This document shows, piece by piece, positions 10,132 through 19,513 of a stretch of 64,000 nucleotides of DNA. The first letter of the stretch is position 1, and each line of letters opens with the position of its first letter. The notes under the pieces are model-generated. The model saw only the letters and a program-made list of their open reading frames with translations, had not been told where the DNA came from and ran no database searches. The position numbers were made by a program, and so were the translations under genes. Source of the stretch: Nitrospinaceae bacterium (GTDB taxonomy: Bacteria; Nitrospinota; Nitrospinia; Nitrospinales; Nitrospinaceae); assembly GCA_965223665.1 (NCBI GenBank), contig OZ245011.1, positions 2,528,001-2,592,000 on the forward strand, written 5' to 3'.

Positions 10132-10147
10132 TGGAACAGGGCTTGCT
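10132..10147 (+). promoter_or_regulatory. Sigma54 (-24/-12) promoter
   Basis: TGGAACAGGGCTTGCT: GG at 10133-34, exactly 10 nt, then GC at 10145-46; close to consensus TGGCAC-N5-TTGCW. Confidence 0.75.
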
Positions 10148-10193
10148 TTTTAACAGATCAAACACTCAATTTAGTTTTGAGAGAGGTATTAAA

Positions 10194-10535
10194 ATGAAAC
10201 GTTGGTTAAAAATAATTCCAGTCAGTATGTTAGCGGGTTTAATAGCAGTATCAGTTTTTGCAAACAAATGTCACTGCAGCTTTCATGGTTACTTCGGGGT
10301 GGGACAAAATTTAGCGCAACTATTCACATTAGCAATCTTGATCATTTTAAGTTCCTGCATATTCCTGGTAAAAGTTTATTCTGAATATTCTTATCAGAAT
10401 TTGGAACCTGCAAGATTCTCAAACTGTGAGGACACCTCTAGGAATATATATAAACAAATTGGCATTGGTAATAACTTTTGTGGCTGGAGTGCCATGAGAC
10501 GATCATCTGTTTCGCAGAAAATGTATACCTCGTAA
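10194..10535 (+). CDS. Small hypothetical membrane protein
   Basis: ATG at 10194 after a GAGAGG RBS; two hydrophobic segments and a CHCSFH motif; lies downstream of a sigma54 promoter. Confidence 0.5.
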   Translation: MKRWLKIIPVSMLAGLIAVSVFANKCHCSFHGYFGVGQNLAQLFTLAILIILSSCIFLVKVYSEYSYQNLEPARFSNCEDTSRNIYKQIGIGNNFCGWSAMRRSSVSQKMYTS

Positions 10536-11525
10536 GATTCTCCCCCCGACCAGCTTCTCGGGTATGCGGAAAGGAGCAGCCGCACTTACCGAGAAGCTGG
10601 CCTACCATTTTCCAGCAAACTTTTTTTCACCATAACTTTTTAAAACAAATGTAATGAGTTCAAAACTCACTCTTGGATATTTTTTTCTAAGGTTTGAACG
10701 AAGAGAAAAAATTTCAACTTCGATTTAGGGTTTGTATTCAATAGAAAAATAATTGTCAGGGTTATCTAAATTATTTGGAAAGTTTAAAGTCATCGAAAGG
10801 AAACTTTTTTGCTTTGTAAAAAAGTAAGGCAAATCCCAAAAAATTTAATAGGGCTGGGTTTCAAAGTCCAATTCCTAAGAAAATTAATTGCTAATGATAT
10901 GTGAAAGATTAATTGAGAAAACTGAAAGGGCTATTCAAGTGAAATTTTTTGATACTTAAGAAGTTGCCTCTAATTATCTACCTCTTATAAGAATTACATC
11001 CTGGATTACTCTATTTTTAAATTAAAACTTTATATTTAAAAACCTCATTTCAGAGATAATCACCGAAATATAGTGCTTAAAGTAAATAATATAATTGCAT
11101 GACCAAAGAGCCCTATAGGGGGTATTAAGTTAATGTAAATTTTTTTAAAAAAACACTTCCAAGAAAAACCTTAATTTCCCTCAAAGACTTTTTAGGAACA
11201 ATTTGAAAAATTCCCGAAAGAGAAGACTTTAGAATCTTGGAACTCTCAAATTTCTTTTAAAAGTCTAAAGAAAATGCATAAACGCACTAAAATCAATTAT
11301 TTTTAAGATTGCCGCTGCCAAATATAAACTAGTGCAATGGACCAATTTTGGCAAACAGCAGTGACAAAAAAAGTAATTTTCCAAAATCCGTAATTTCCAA
11401 ATTATTAGATTTCCTAAATTTTAATTTTTTTTTCCACCCACCCCCAATTTAATCAATTTATTTTCAATGAAAGCCAAAAATAAAACCTTTACAACTAATG
11501 TAAATAATTAAAAAACAAGGGTTTT

Positions 11526-11541
11526 AGGCATCCATATTGCT
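11526..11541 (+). promoter_or_regulatory. Sigma54 (-24/-12) promoter
   Basis: AGGCATCCATATTGCT: GG at 11527-28, N10, GC at 11539-40. Confidence 0.7.
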
Positions 11542-11587
11542 CTATTTATAGCATAAAATTTATACCTCATTAAGGGCAGAGTATGTT

Positions 11588-11803
11588 ATGATGGAAATTG
11601 ATTGGAAAAACTTAATAGCAGTATTAATGATTGGTTTAGGAACATTGGGAATTTTTGTGAGTTCAATATTATGGATTTCAAAATCTAAAAAAGAAAAATC
11701 CAGAGGCATGCCTTCATGGGTTGTAGAAAACCCCTTTGCAGCTGAAGACGTTTTAGGGCATCCAGATTTAGATAAAATTGTTGAACTTAAAAAAAGAGTT
11801 TAA
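11588..11803 (+). CDS. Small single-TM hypothetical protein
   Basis: 71 aa with one TM helix followed by a basic stretch; sigma54 promoter upstream and hairpins downstream. Confidence 0.6.
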   Translation: MMEIDWKNLIAVLMIGLGTLGIFVSSILWISKSKKEKSRGMPSWVVENPFAAEDVLGHPDLDKIVELKKRV

Positions 11804-11882
11804 ACCGCGATCTCCTCTGGGAATTTTCTCTCCCAAAAGTCTTTGGACTTTTTAGCACGGAGAGCATTGTATGGGAGGGTAA

Positions 11883-11915
11883 TAATATTGGGGCTCAGGA
11901 AGAGCCCCAATATTA
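11883..11915. terminator. Hairpin/terminator
   Basis: TAATATTGGGGCTC-aggaa-GAGCCCCAATATTA followed by an A tract. Confidence 0.6.
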
Positions 11916-12285
11916 AAAAAAATTTAAAGAAGAATACAAATGATTTGTCCAACTGTTCAGTATTAGTAATCCCCTAACCCTTATCCTTCTTCGCTTTGCT
12001 GGGCAGTTGGACATTTTTTATAATTTAAAAACGATTCAAAAAAAATTAAGCGAATTAACTTTCTTTTTTCCTTTTCTTAAAAAAATCAAAAACAATTGTC
12101 AAAATTTTAAAAACCCCTAAAGCAATAAAAATTCCAACAATTAATTGCAATAAAGGGGGAAGTTTATTAAGAAACTCTTCAAACCAAATGTAAATATCTT
12201 TAAACATTTATTTAAATAAATTTGATTAGAAATTCAATTAAGAAAGACCGTTATTATTCCCTAAAAGATTAATATTTCGTTCAAT

Positions 12286-13749
12286 TCAATTGACAAAAAT
12301 CGTCGTTTTTTCCGAATCCAAATCAATTTTTAAAATCCGATGATTATTGGTATCTGATACGTAAAGAATTTTATCCAAGCAAAGAACTCCCGCCGGTTCC
12401 CATAAACGAGAACATTGTTCATCGCAAATTAATTCAGCAGAAGCCTCTACAGTATGCACTTCTTCAGTTTTTAAATCGAGGGCTTTGATTTTATGGTTAT
12501 AAGAGTCGGCAATGAATAAGCAACCCTCAACATAGTGTACTCCTAAGGGATGTTGTAACTCTGCCTCTTTTCCTATCCCATCTTTGTCTCCAAAATCGAA
12601 CAGCCCCCTACCAACATAAGTTTTGGTAAATCCATGATCATCCAAGTTAATAGATCGTATGGCACTGGTTTCACTATCTGCAAGAAAAAGTTTGCCCTCA
12701 CCAATAGATAGTCCACTTGGTTGGGCAAAAGGTACCATTAACCTGGGTCCATCTTGAATTGCTTCCGCTCCCGTTCCCGCAAATTGCTCGACTGTATTGT
12801 CACCAATTTTATAAGCGCCAATTTGATGAGTTCCTGCGTTGGCAAAATACAAAGTATCACCTTCTATAGAAAGGTCCCATGGAGAACTAATCCCCACCTC
12901 TTTGGCTTTACCCTTACCTTTCAAAAATGCACCTTGTAGTCCTGTTCCGGCAACTGTAATGACTTTTTCATTATCTAATTCAATTTTTCTAATCAAATGA
13001 TTTTCTGTATCTGCCACCCATATTACACCCTGGTGATAACACAATCCTTGTGGACGAAAAAATTCAGCTTCCCAAAAACTTCCATCCTTTTGGCCAGCTC
13101 TTCCTGATCCAATTCTTCGGGTTATTTTCCCTGAAGGATTTACAGTCACAATTTGATTATGGTTGGAGTCGGCAATTGCAAATTCTTTTTCATTTAAACT
13201 GTAAGCAATTTTTCCTGGAAAAGATAAAGTAGCCTCTGAGTCATTCGGGGAGGGGTGTATCAAGTCTGTGGCTTTTCCCTTTAATATACCTTTTTCCTTA
13301 CATTCATTAATAACATTTTCTAGAGTTTGCTCCAAAAGCTCTGGGTTAGGTTCACCGGGTAACTGACCTAAAACATAGCCATCCGGTCCAATAAAAACCA
13401 ACGTAGGCCAAGCGCGTACCGCATATCTTTGCCAAATTTGGAAATCCTTGTCATGAACAATAGGATGAATAATTTCGTAACGGCTAATAGCCTTCTCCAA
13501 ATTTTCTGTTAATTTTTCCCCGGGAAATTTTGGGCTATGTACCCCAATCACAACAAGTGAATCTGCAAACATTTCTTCTATTCGCTTCAATGTAGGGATT
13601 ATGTGGATGCAGTTGATACAACAATATGTCCAAAAATCTAGGATGGTAATTTTACCTAATAGATCCGGAATATCCAGTGGTCGGGCTACATTAAACCAGG
13701 GTAAATCACTTGCATTTAATGCGGGAGCTCGCACCAGCCGCTCATTCAT
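12286..13749 (-). CDS. Thioredoxin-like plus NHL-repeat protein (NHLRC2-like)
   Basis: LDFWTYCCINC, GVHSPKF, AWPT, and NHL repeats (FRPQGL, VADTENH, ADSETS, QHPLGV, ADSYNH). Confidence 0.92.
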   Translation of the reverse strand: MNERLVRAPALNASDLPWFNVARPLDIPDLLGKITILDFWTYCCINCIHIIPTLKRIEEMFADSLVVIGVHSPKFPGEKLTENLEKAISRYEIIHPIVHDKDFQIWQRYAVRAWPTLVFIGPDGYVLGQLPGEPNPELLEQTLENVINECKEKGILKGKATDLIHPSPNDSEATLSFPGKIAYSLNEKEFAIADSNHNQIVTVNPSGKITRRIGSGRAGQKDGSFWEAEFFRPQGLCYHQGVIWVADTENHLIRKIELDNEKVITVAGTGLQGAFLKGKGKAKEVGISSPWDLSIEGDTLYFANAGTHQIGAYKIGDNTVEQFAGTGAEAIQDGPRLMVPFAQPSGLSIGEGKLFLADSETSAIRSINLDDHGFTKTYVGRGLFDFGDKDGIGKEAELQHPLGVHYVEGCLFIADSYNHKIKALDLKTEEVHTVEASAELICDEQCSRLWEPAGVLCLDKILYVSDTNNHRILKIDLDSEKTTIFVN

Positions 13750-14011
13750 ACGCCCCCTGAATAGCGTCCACTGCAGCCGGTTGAATGGTCTCCCAGTTGG
13801 CGGTAGGTTGTTTGGTCACAGTTATAAAGTCAGCCATCAAGAAAACACTGGCAACTCCTTCAATTTGAAATAATGCCTTTGCGACCGATGATTCCTCGGC
13901 TGCCTCAGGATTCGAGTATGTCTTATGCCCTGATTCAATGGCAGGCTGATTAATTGAAAATTTCAATGCATTTTCATTTGGAGTAGTTTCAATATTTACT
14001 GATACAGCCAT
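13742..14011 (-). CDS. Stand-alone Nfu/NifU N-terminal domain protein
   Basis: ETTPNENALKF...LFQIEGVASVF..DFITVTK...W. Confidence 0.85.
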   Translation of the reverse strand: MAVSVNIETTPNENALKFSINQPAIESGHKTYSNPEAAEESSVAKALFQIEGVASVFLMADFITVTKQPTANWETIQPAAVDAIQGAYE

Positions 14012-14049
14012 TATTATTTTTTCACCTCAATTTGATTTCTTAAATTTTT

Positions 14050-15243
14050 TTATTGATGAGCATCAACACTACGAAAAATACCAAAGGAACTTGTATAGCC
14101 ATGCAAAAAGGTGGTTTTCCCAATAGGACCAATTTCCCCGTTACAGAAAAACCCGCCAAGTGGAACATTTCCCAGTACCTTTCGAAACATTTCAGAATCG
14201 TGATTGGGCTCCCCATATAAATATTCACCCCGACCCAGGCAAGAAAAAAGTAGTGCACCACTGGCATCACTGGAATTTGATTTAGATTGATAACGCGTCA
14301 ACATTTCATTCAAATCTTCTGAAGACATCGCTTTATCCCGTAAATGAAATTGAACTAGTTGTCCTTCCCTTAATAAAGCACCAATGGACAACGCTCCTGT
14401 ATCACGATCCACACCAATTAAATTCCTTATGAGAAAATCCCCCTGCCCTGGGTTTTCATTAAAAGGATCCATTTCAATTCCTAAAAACAAAGATGTTTGA
14501 ATCAACTTGCGATCATTTTCATTCATTTCCTCCACCATCTCTTCTAAAACTTGTAGAGGAGGTTTGCCATCCACAGTCTCTAATAGGGTTTGATTACACT
14601 TCGTAATATTCATCGGTTTTCCAATGGGTCGACAGCCTTGCGCAACTATAGTGTCTAAAGTAACATTTCCGCTAAGCGCTACACCCACCATGCCAGAATC
14701 TAATATTTTATCTCCCAGGTAGAGCACATTTCCTCCGTGGGATTGAGCACCACTAGCTAAACCACCAACCTTAGCGGATTGAGGATAAGCATAATCTAAC
14801 CCAGATAAGAATTCTTCTCCGCGAAATGAAAAAGGGTCCGCTAAAATAATAAATTGGGGATTTTTTTCGTTTTTTACACCAATCCAATCTCTCCAAACCG
14901 AAGGAGACGTCTCACCCTCAGGTAAGCTCAATGTATCCGAGGAAATTGGTGTGATATCCACATTTGGCAAATACCCAGCCGTTAAACTGAATGCAGTTTG
15001 GTGTTCAATTTCATAACCTCCTCCAATAATACCTCCACCCGAACACCCTAATATTAAACCGGGCGAAAAATTTTCTCTGAGTAGAGCAGGTATTAAATCA
15101 AATTTACTTTTATGATGAGGAGAAACAAAAATTACGGATAGATTAGCTTCTTTGTCACCTAATTGGTGCTTAACCGATTTAACCGTTTCTTCAATGCATC
15201 TTTCTATAGACTCGTGGGTAGATATACTTGAAGCCCATTTCAT
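14050..15243 (-). CDS. FIST N/C domain protein
   Basis: GCSGGG, ADPFSF, GGLAS, QGCRPIG, FLIRNLIG, LLFSCLGRG, GFFCNGEIGP...HGYT. Confidence 0.92.
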   Translation of the reverse strand: MKWASSISTHESIERCIEETVKSVKHQLGDKEANLSVIFVSPHHKSKFDLIPALLRENFSPGLILGCSGGGIIGGGYEIEHQTAFSLTAGYLPNVDITPISSDTLSLPEGETSPSVWRDWIGVKNEKNPQFIILADPFSFRGEEFLSGLDYAYPQSAKVGGLASGAQSHGGNVLYLGDKILDSGMVGVALSGNVTLDTIVAQGCRPIGKPMNITKCNQTLLETVDGKPPLQVLEEMVEEMNENDRKLIQTSLFLGIEMDPFNENPGQGDFLIRNLIGVDRDTGALSIGALLREGQLVQFHLRDKAMSSEDLNEMLTRYQSKSNSSDASGALLFSCLGRGEYLYGEPNHDSEMFRKVLGNVPLGGFFCNGEIGPIGKTTFLHGYTSSFGIFRSVDAHQ

Positions 15244-15296
15244 TCTCTAACTCCCTTATATCAATTTATTCAACACGGACACCATCAGGTTTCCTG

Positions 15297-16718
15297 TTAA
15301 ATTGAGTTTATATAATCCAAAACCTTTTCAGCTACTTTTGTACCATTTAAAATACAATCAGGAACACCTGTCCCTTCATAGGCACTTCCCGAAAGATAAA
15401 GACCTGGAAATTTTTCCAGTTCCTGATAAATAGAACCTACAAGTTTTTGATGACCTACCATGTATTGAGCATTCCCTTTTTTATACTGAAATACATCACA
15501 AAACAAGGGATTTCCTGAAATTCCCATTATGTCTTTCAATTCTTTGAGGACCATATCCTTTATAGTATCTTCATTCTGTTCTGCTAAATCCTCCTGTAAC
15601 GCTCCACCCACAAATGAACGCAACAACACGTGTCCTTCAGGAACACGCCCAGCAAACTTTGATGACACCCAGGTACATGCAGTTATTTTACGTTTCTCAG
15701 TACTCGGAACAATAAATCCAAATCCATTCAGAGGATGCCCCATTTCCTCTTTTCGAAATCCCATTACTACAGCAGCAGTAGAAACATATTTTATATCTGA
15801 TAATCCATTTGCCAATAAGGGAGCGGTATCCTGAAGTAATTTGGAAGATATATTAGCAGGAGTCGAAACAATAACCGAATCGGCAATTAATATATCACCT
15901 GAATCCAAAGTCAAATGCCATTTACCTTCACGCTGTTGAATCTGCTTAACACAAACATTTTTCTTAAAATTAATATTGGGAGATTTTTTTATAGTACGAT
16001 CTACAATTTCACTTAATCCATTTTTTAAACTTACAAATAAAGTAAAGGGGGTGTAATTAGACTTTTTGGGGGGAGCTGCCGCCCGTTGCTTTTTCTGTAT
16101 CAGCATACCAAGGATTAAAGATCGATATTTTTTCTCAATTTGCGCAAACATTGGAAATGTACTGTGTAAACTCATTTCTTCGGGATCGCTCGCATATATA
16201 CCCGCTAACATCGGTTGCGCCAATCTTTGGACCGCTTCTTCTCCCAGTCTTCGACGAACAAATGAAGCTAAGCTCTCATCTGTTTTTTTTCGCCGCTTAG
16301 GAATAATCAAATCCAAACCCATTCGAATTTTTCCTGGCCAAGAAAATAACCTTGTAGTGATGAACGGCAAAAACTTCGTTGGTACCATGAGACTCAAACC
16401 ATCAGGAAGGGTAACCATTTTTTTATTGAGATAAACATAGGTTTTAGTGTTTTCTGGTCTCGTTCCAATGAGATGGTCTGCTAAACCGATTTTTTTGCAA
16501 TGCTCAATTGCCCAGGGTTTTTGGGAAATAAAAGAATCAGGTCCTTTCTCCAAGAGAAAACCATCTCTAAGTTCAGTACAAATTTTACCCCCAAAACGGT
16601 CAGTACTTTCTAGAACGGTACATTCTAATTGGGATTGGCCAGAGTCCATTGCCTCCTGAATCCGGTAGGCTGCAGAAAGCCCTGCAATTCCTCCTCCAAT
16701 AATCACAATACGTTTCAT
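15297..16718 (-). CDS. hemY: Protoporphyrinogen/coproporphyrinogen oxidase (HemY family)
   Basis: IIGGGIAGLSAA, EKGPDSF, DESLASFVRRRLG, GIYA, TWVSSKF, GVPDCI. Confidence 0.92.
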   Translation of the reverse strand: MKRIVIIGGGIAGLSAAYRIQEAMDSGQSQLECTVLESTDRFGGKICTELRDGFLLEKGPDSFISQKPWAIEHCKKIGLADHLIGTRPENTKTYVYLNKKMVTLPDGLSLMVPTKFLPFITTRLFSWPGKIRMGLDLIIPKRRKKTDESLASFVRRRLGEEAVQRLAQPMLAGIYASDPEEMSLHSTFPMFAQIEKKYRSLILGMLIQKKQRAAAPPKKSNYTPFTLFVSLKNGLSEIVDRTIKKSPNINFKKNVCVKQIQQREGKWHLTLDSGDILIADSVIVSTPANISSKLLQDTAPLLANGLSDIKYVSTAAVVMGFRKEEMGHPLNGFGFIVPSTEKRKITACTWVSSKFAGRVPEGHVLLRSFVGGALQEDLAEQNEDTIKDMVLKELKDIMGISGNPLFCDVFQYKKGNAQYMVGHQKLVGSIYQELEKFPGLYLSGSAYEGTGVPDCILNGTKVAEKVLDYINSI

Positions 16719-17042
16719 GGCTGCGTATTATGACAGGTTTAGCCTAACCGAGCAATTCAAGAAACAAATGCAATTTTTGATAAATAAGGAAAGATTTATT
16801 TCCAATTCAATACAGATGATTTTAGAAATGTTTTAATCTAAGGCTAATTCAAGATATTTAATTTACTGCCCTGATCCCATTCCTCCCCAAAAAAATGACA
16901 ACAAAAAGTAGTCATTTCAATAAAAATTTTGTAGACTAGCTTCCCCATTTTCCGAATATATTGGAAATCTGATTTTTTTCTGAAAAGAAAAACTTTGATT
17001 TCCCTGTAGCACTGTTTAACTGTATAATTAATTAAATTAATT

Positions 17043-17120
17043 CGGGGTGTAGCGCAGCCTGGCTAGCGCATCTGCTTTGGGAGCAGAGGGTCGGAGGTTC
17101 AAATCCTCTCACCCCGACCA
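17043..17120 (+). tRNA. tRNA-Pro(TGG)
   Basis: CGGGGTGTAGCGCAGCCTGGCTAGCGCATCTGCTTTGGGAGCAGAGGGTCGGAGGTTCAAATCCTCTCACCCCGACCA. Confidence 0.97.
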
Positions 17121-17552
17121 TTTTTTTGTAATATGCGGTTTTTCAATATAAAACTCCTACCTTAGCCAAATCTATAAAACCTGCTCAAGAACAAAATATT
17201 TCCAAGTATGAAGCAATAAATATCTCCAAATTTCCTCTTTGCTAATTGCTTTATTATCTTCCCTTAATTCGTTCGCACATTGTTTTAAATGTTGATATAA
17301 TTTGCTCACAAATAAATTTTGGCGTTAGCCGTTTAAGTATATTACATTCACTTAAAGCGCACGGGTTTCTGTCAAAACTGGGCAACTGGGAACTTTTTTG
17401 ATTCTAGAAAACCGTGAGGGTTTAAAATTTCTCTTTTCTCCTCCCTTCCTTTTTCTTTTTCATTCCCTAATGTCAGCAAAAAATAAATGAGCTTATTCTT
17501 TAATCGCAAGGCCTATCCTTGCCAAATTTCAATCTTTTGATAAGGTTCCGTT

Positions 17553-18047
17553 ATGAATAAATATACAAAGTATAGCGTCAAAGTTTTGTTTTTGTTATTT
17601 GGAATTATTTTATCTATGAATCCTTTATCCGCTGATGAACGGGTAGCTAAAGACGGAGATACCGTATCCATAAATTACACAGGAAAATTAGAAGACAATA
17701 CTGTTTTTGATGCTTCCAAGGGAAGAGGGCCATTAAAGTTTAAAGTAGGAACAGAACAAATTATTCCCGGAATGAATAATGCAGTTCGTGGCATGAAAGT
17801 TGGCGAGAAAAAAACTGTAAGCATTCCACCCACAGAAGCTTATGGAAACAGAAACGAGAAATTAATTTTTGATATTCCCCTCAAGCAACTTCCTCAGGGA
17901 GTTAAGCCAGGTTCTAAACTCATGAATCCTCAAGGTCATCCCGTAACCGTCAAAGAAATCAATGGAGAAAATGCGGTTTTGGATGCAAATCATTTTTTAG
18001 CAGGAAAAACTTTGATTTTTGATATTGAAATGGTTTCTATTGATTAA
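17553..18047 (+). CDS. FKBP-type peptidyl-prolyl isomerase (SlyD/FkpB-like) with signal peptide
   Basis: GDTVSINYTGKLED..FDAS, IIPG, AYG, LDANHFLAGKTLIFDIE. Confidence 0.9.
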   Translation: MNKYTKYSVKVLFLLFGIILSMNPLSADERVAKDGDTVSINYTGKLEDNTVFDASKGRGPLKFKVGTEQIIPGMNNAVRGMKVGEKKTVSIPPTEAYGNRNEKLIFDIPLKQLPQGVKPGSKLMNPQGHPVTVKEINGENAVLDANHFLAGKTLIFDIEMVSID

Positions 18048-18121
18048 AGACTAAATTTATTCGGCAATTGACTTACTTGAGGGGTAACGCCAAGAATTTA
18101 AAAAAATACCTAAATTAAAAA

Positions 18122-19045
18122 TTAATTTCTCTGGAGGTAGGGGATAAAAATCAAACCTAATAATATTTCAAATGCAATGAATATTAATATCCAATCACCC
18201 GGATGGTAGTTTGATTCTTTAGGTAGAATTTCCCATACTACCCAACAAACTATAACTAAACCCGGGGCATGAAACTTGACAAAACGAATTCCCCATTGAT
18301 CTCCAATCCACCAAAACACCATTCCCAGTAGGGGAATGGCAACAAGGATGAACAATATCCCTTCAACGGGTTCAAAGTTTCGGATTCGGTCCCAAGTCGC
18401 TTTACGGGTTCTATTAATTAAATCACTGAGAAAATTTAGTGCTTCACAACTTGGCTTTCCTTGAATACGATCCCGATTGCAGTCGTAGTCATAAAGTTGT
18501 TCAGCAAAATCCCAATCATGTATTCGTTCAAAACCCTTACCCAAATGGTAGCAGGGTCCATAGTCATCAGAATCGGGGGGTCTATAACCAGATCGACAAA
18601 GGGGTTCCAAATGCTTTTTCGCCAATTCAATATGATTCACCTTCAAATATTCTTTTCCTAAATAGAAACAGGTGATTTTTTTTCCTTCAGCGCAAATTCT
18701 TTCTAATGGCAAAGCTTCTTCCTTTAAACGTCCCATATCTTTTGCTAGCGAAAGCAAGGGAGCGCATGCTCTTAGATGACCTAAGGTAGGATGATTGTTA
18801 CAAGCAAGACGAAAATATTCGAGAGCTTTTTCTTGATTGCCTGATTGTTCTTCAGCAATTCCGATCGCAAGGCAAAAAACTGTAGCTCCTTTAATACATT
18901 CTTCCCTGGCATTTTCAGTATCCAAATTTTTTTCATCCGCCCTTACCACACCCAAGTTTAATTGAGCCAACATGAGGAAAATCCCAAAAATAATAAGAAA
19001 GGGAAGCTTAAAAGCCTTGATTTTAATCTTTTCAACGATAACCAT
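18122..19045 (-). CDS. Sel1/Hcp-like Cys-pair repeat protein with C-terminal TM helices (start uncertain, could extend to 19123)
   Basis: Repeated paired Cys (CIKGATVFC, CAEGKKITC) in helical repeats, an N-terminal signal and three C-terminal TM segments. Confidence 0.65.
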   Translation of the reverse strand: MVIVEKIKIKAFKLPFLIIFGIFLMLAQLNLGVVRADEKNLDTENAREECIKGATVFCLAIGIAEEQSGNQEKALEYFRLACNNHPTLGHLRACAPLLSLAKDMGRLKEEALPLERICAEGKKITCFYLGKEYLKVNHIELAKKHLEPLCRSGYRPPDSDDYGPCYHLGKGFERIHDWDFAEQLYDYDCNRDRIQGKPSCEALNFLSDLINRTRKATWDRIRNFEPVEGILFILVAIPLLGMVFWWIGDQWGIRFVKFHAPGLVIVCWVVWEILPKESNYHPGDWILIFIAFEILLGLIFIPYLQRN

Positions 19046-19513
19046 TATAAAATTTCTAAATGAGCTGCTCGAAAAACAGCCATTCTCATTGGACACCTTC
19101 GCAGAATGTATTAACAATCCCATCCCAAGCAGAAATTTAAATAAATATGGAATTTAACCCTTCAAGTAATTTTTAAATAATTATTTAATAAAAACCCTGC
19201 TTAGTGCATCATTTTACCTATTTCTGAAAATAATCCTTAATATTACTTCTGATTCAGAAGAAACGGTTAAATTGAGCCAAATTGGAACTATCCATTTTTT
19301 TTAAAATCCCTAACAAATTAAATGAAAGATTTATCAATCCATTTGAAGGCTAAATATTTTTAAAATTCAATTATTTTATAAATCCGGGCTTATCAAAATT
19401 TACCCTATTTTGACTTTTTCCTAGCTTTTACAAAAAAAAACCATATTTTAATGGTATCCTTTATTCAATATTTTTACTCATAATTGATAATTGATTTAAA
19501 CTTTTTCTTTAGT

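Noticed and set aside
10550-10600. Hairpin containing GGAAAGGAGCAG considered as SRP RNA (ffs)
   Set aside because: Lacks the CAGG-N3-GRAA-N3-AGCA domain IV arrangement; the resemblance is superficial.
17043-17120. tRNA-Pro or tRNA-Leu as island integration sites
   Set aside because: No integrase nearby and no duplicated 3' end seen for either tRNA.
17320-17400. Riboswitch upstream of the FKBP gene
   Set aside because: A weak hairpin is present, but I could not match it to any riboswitch consensus.
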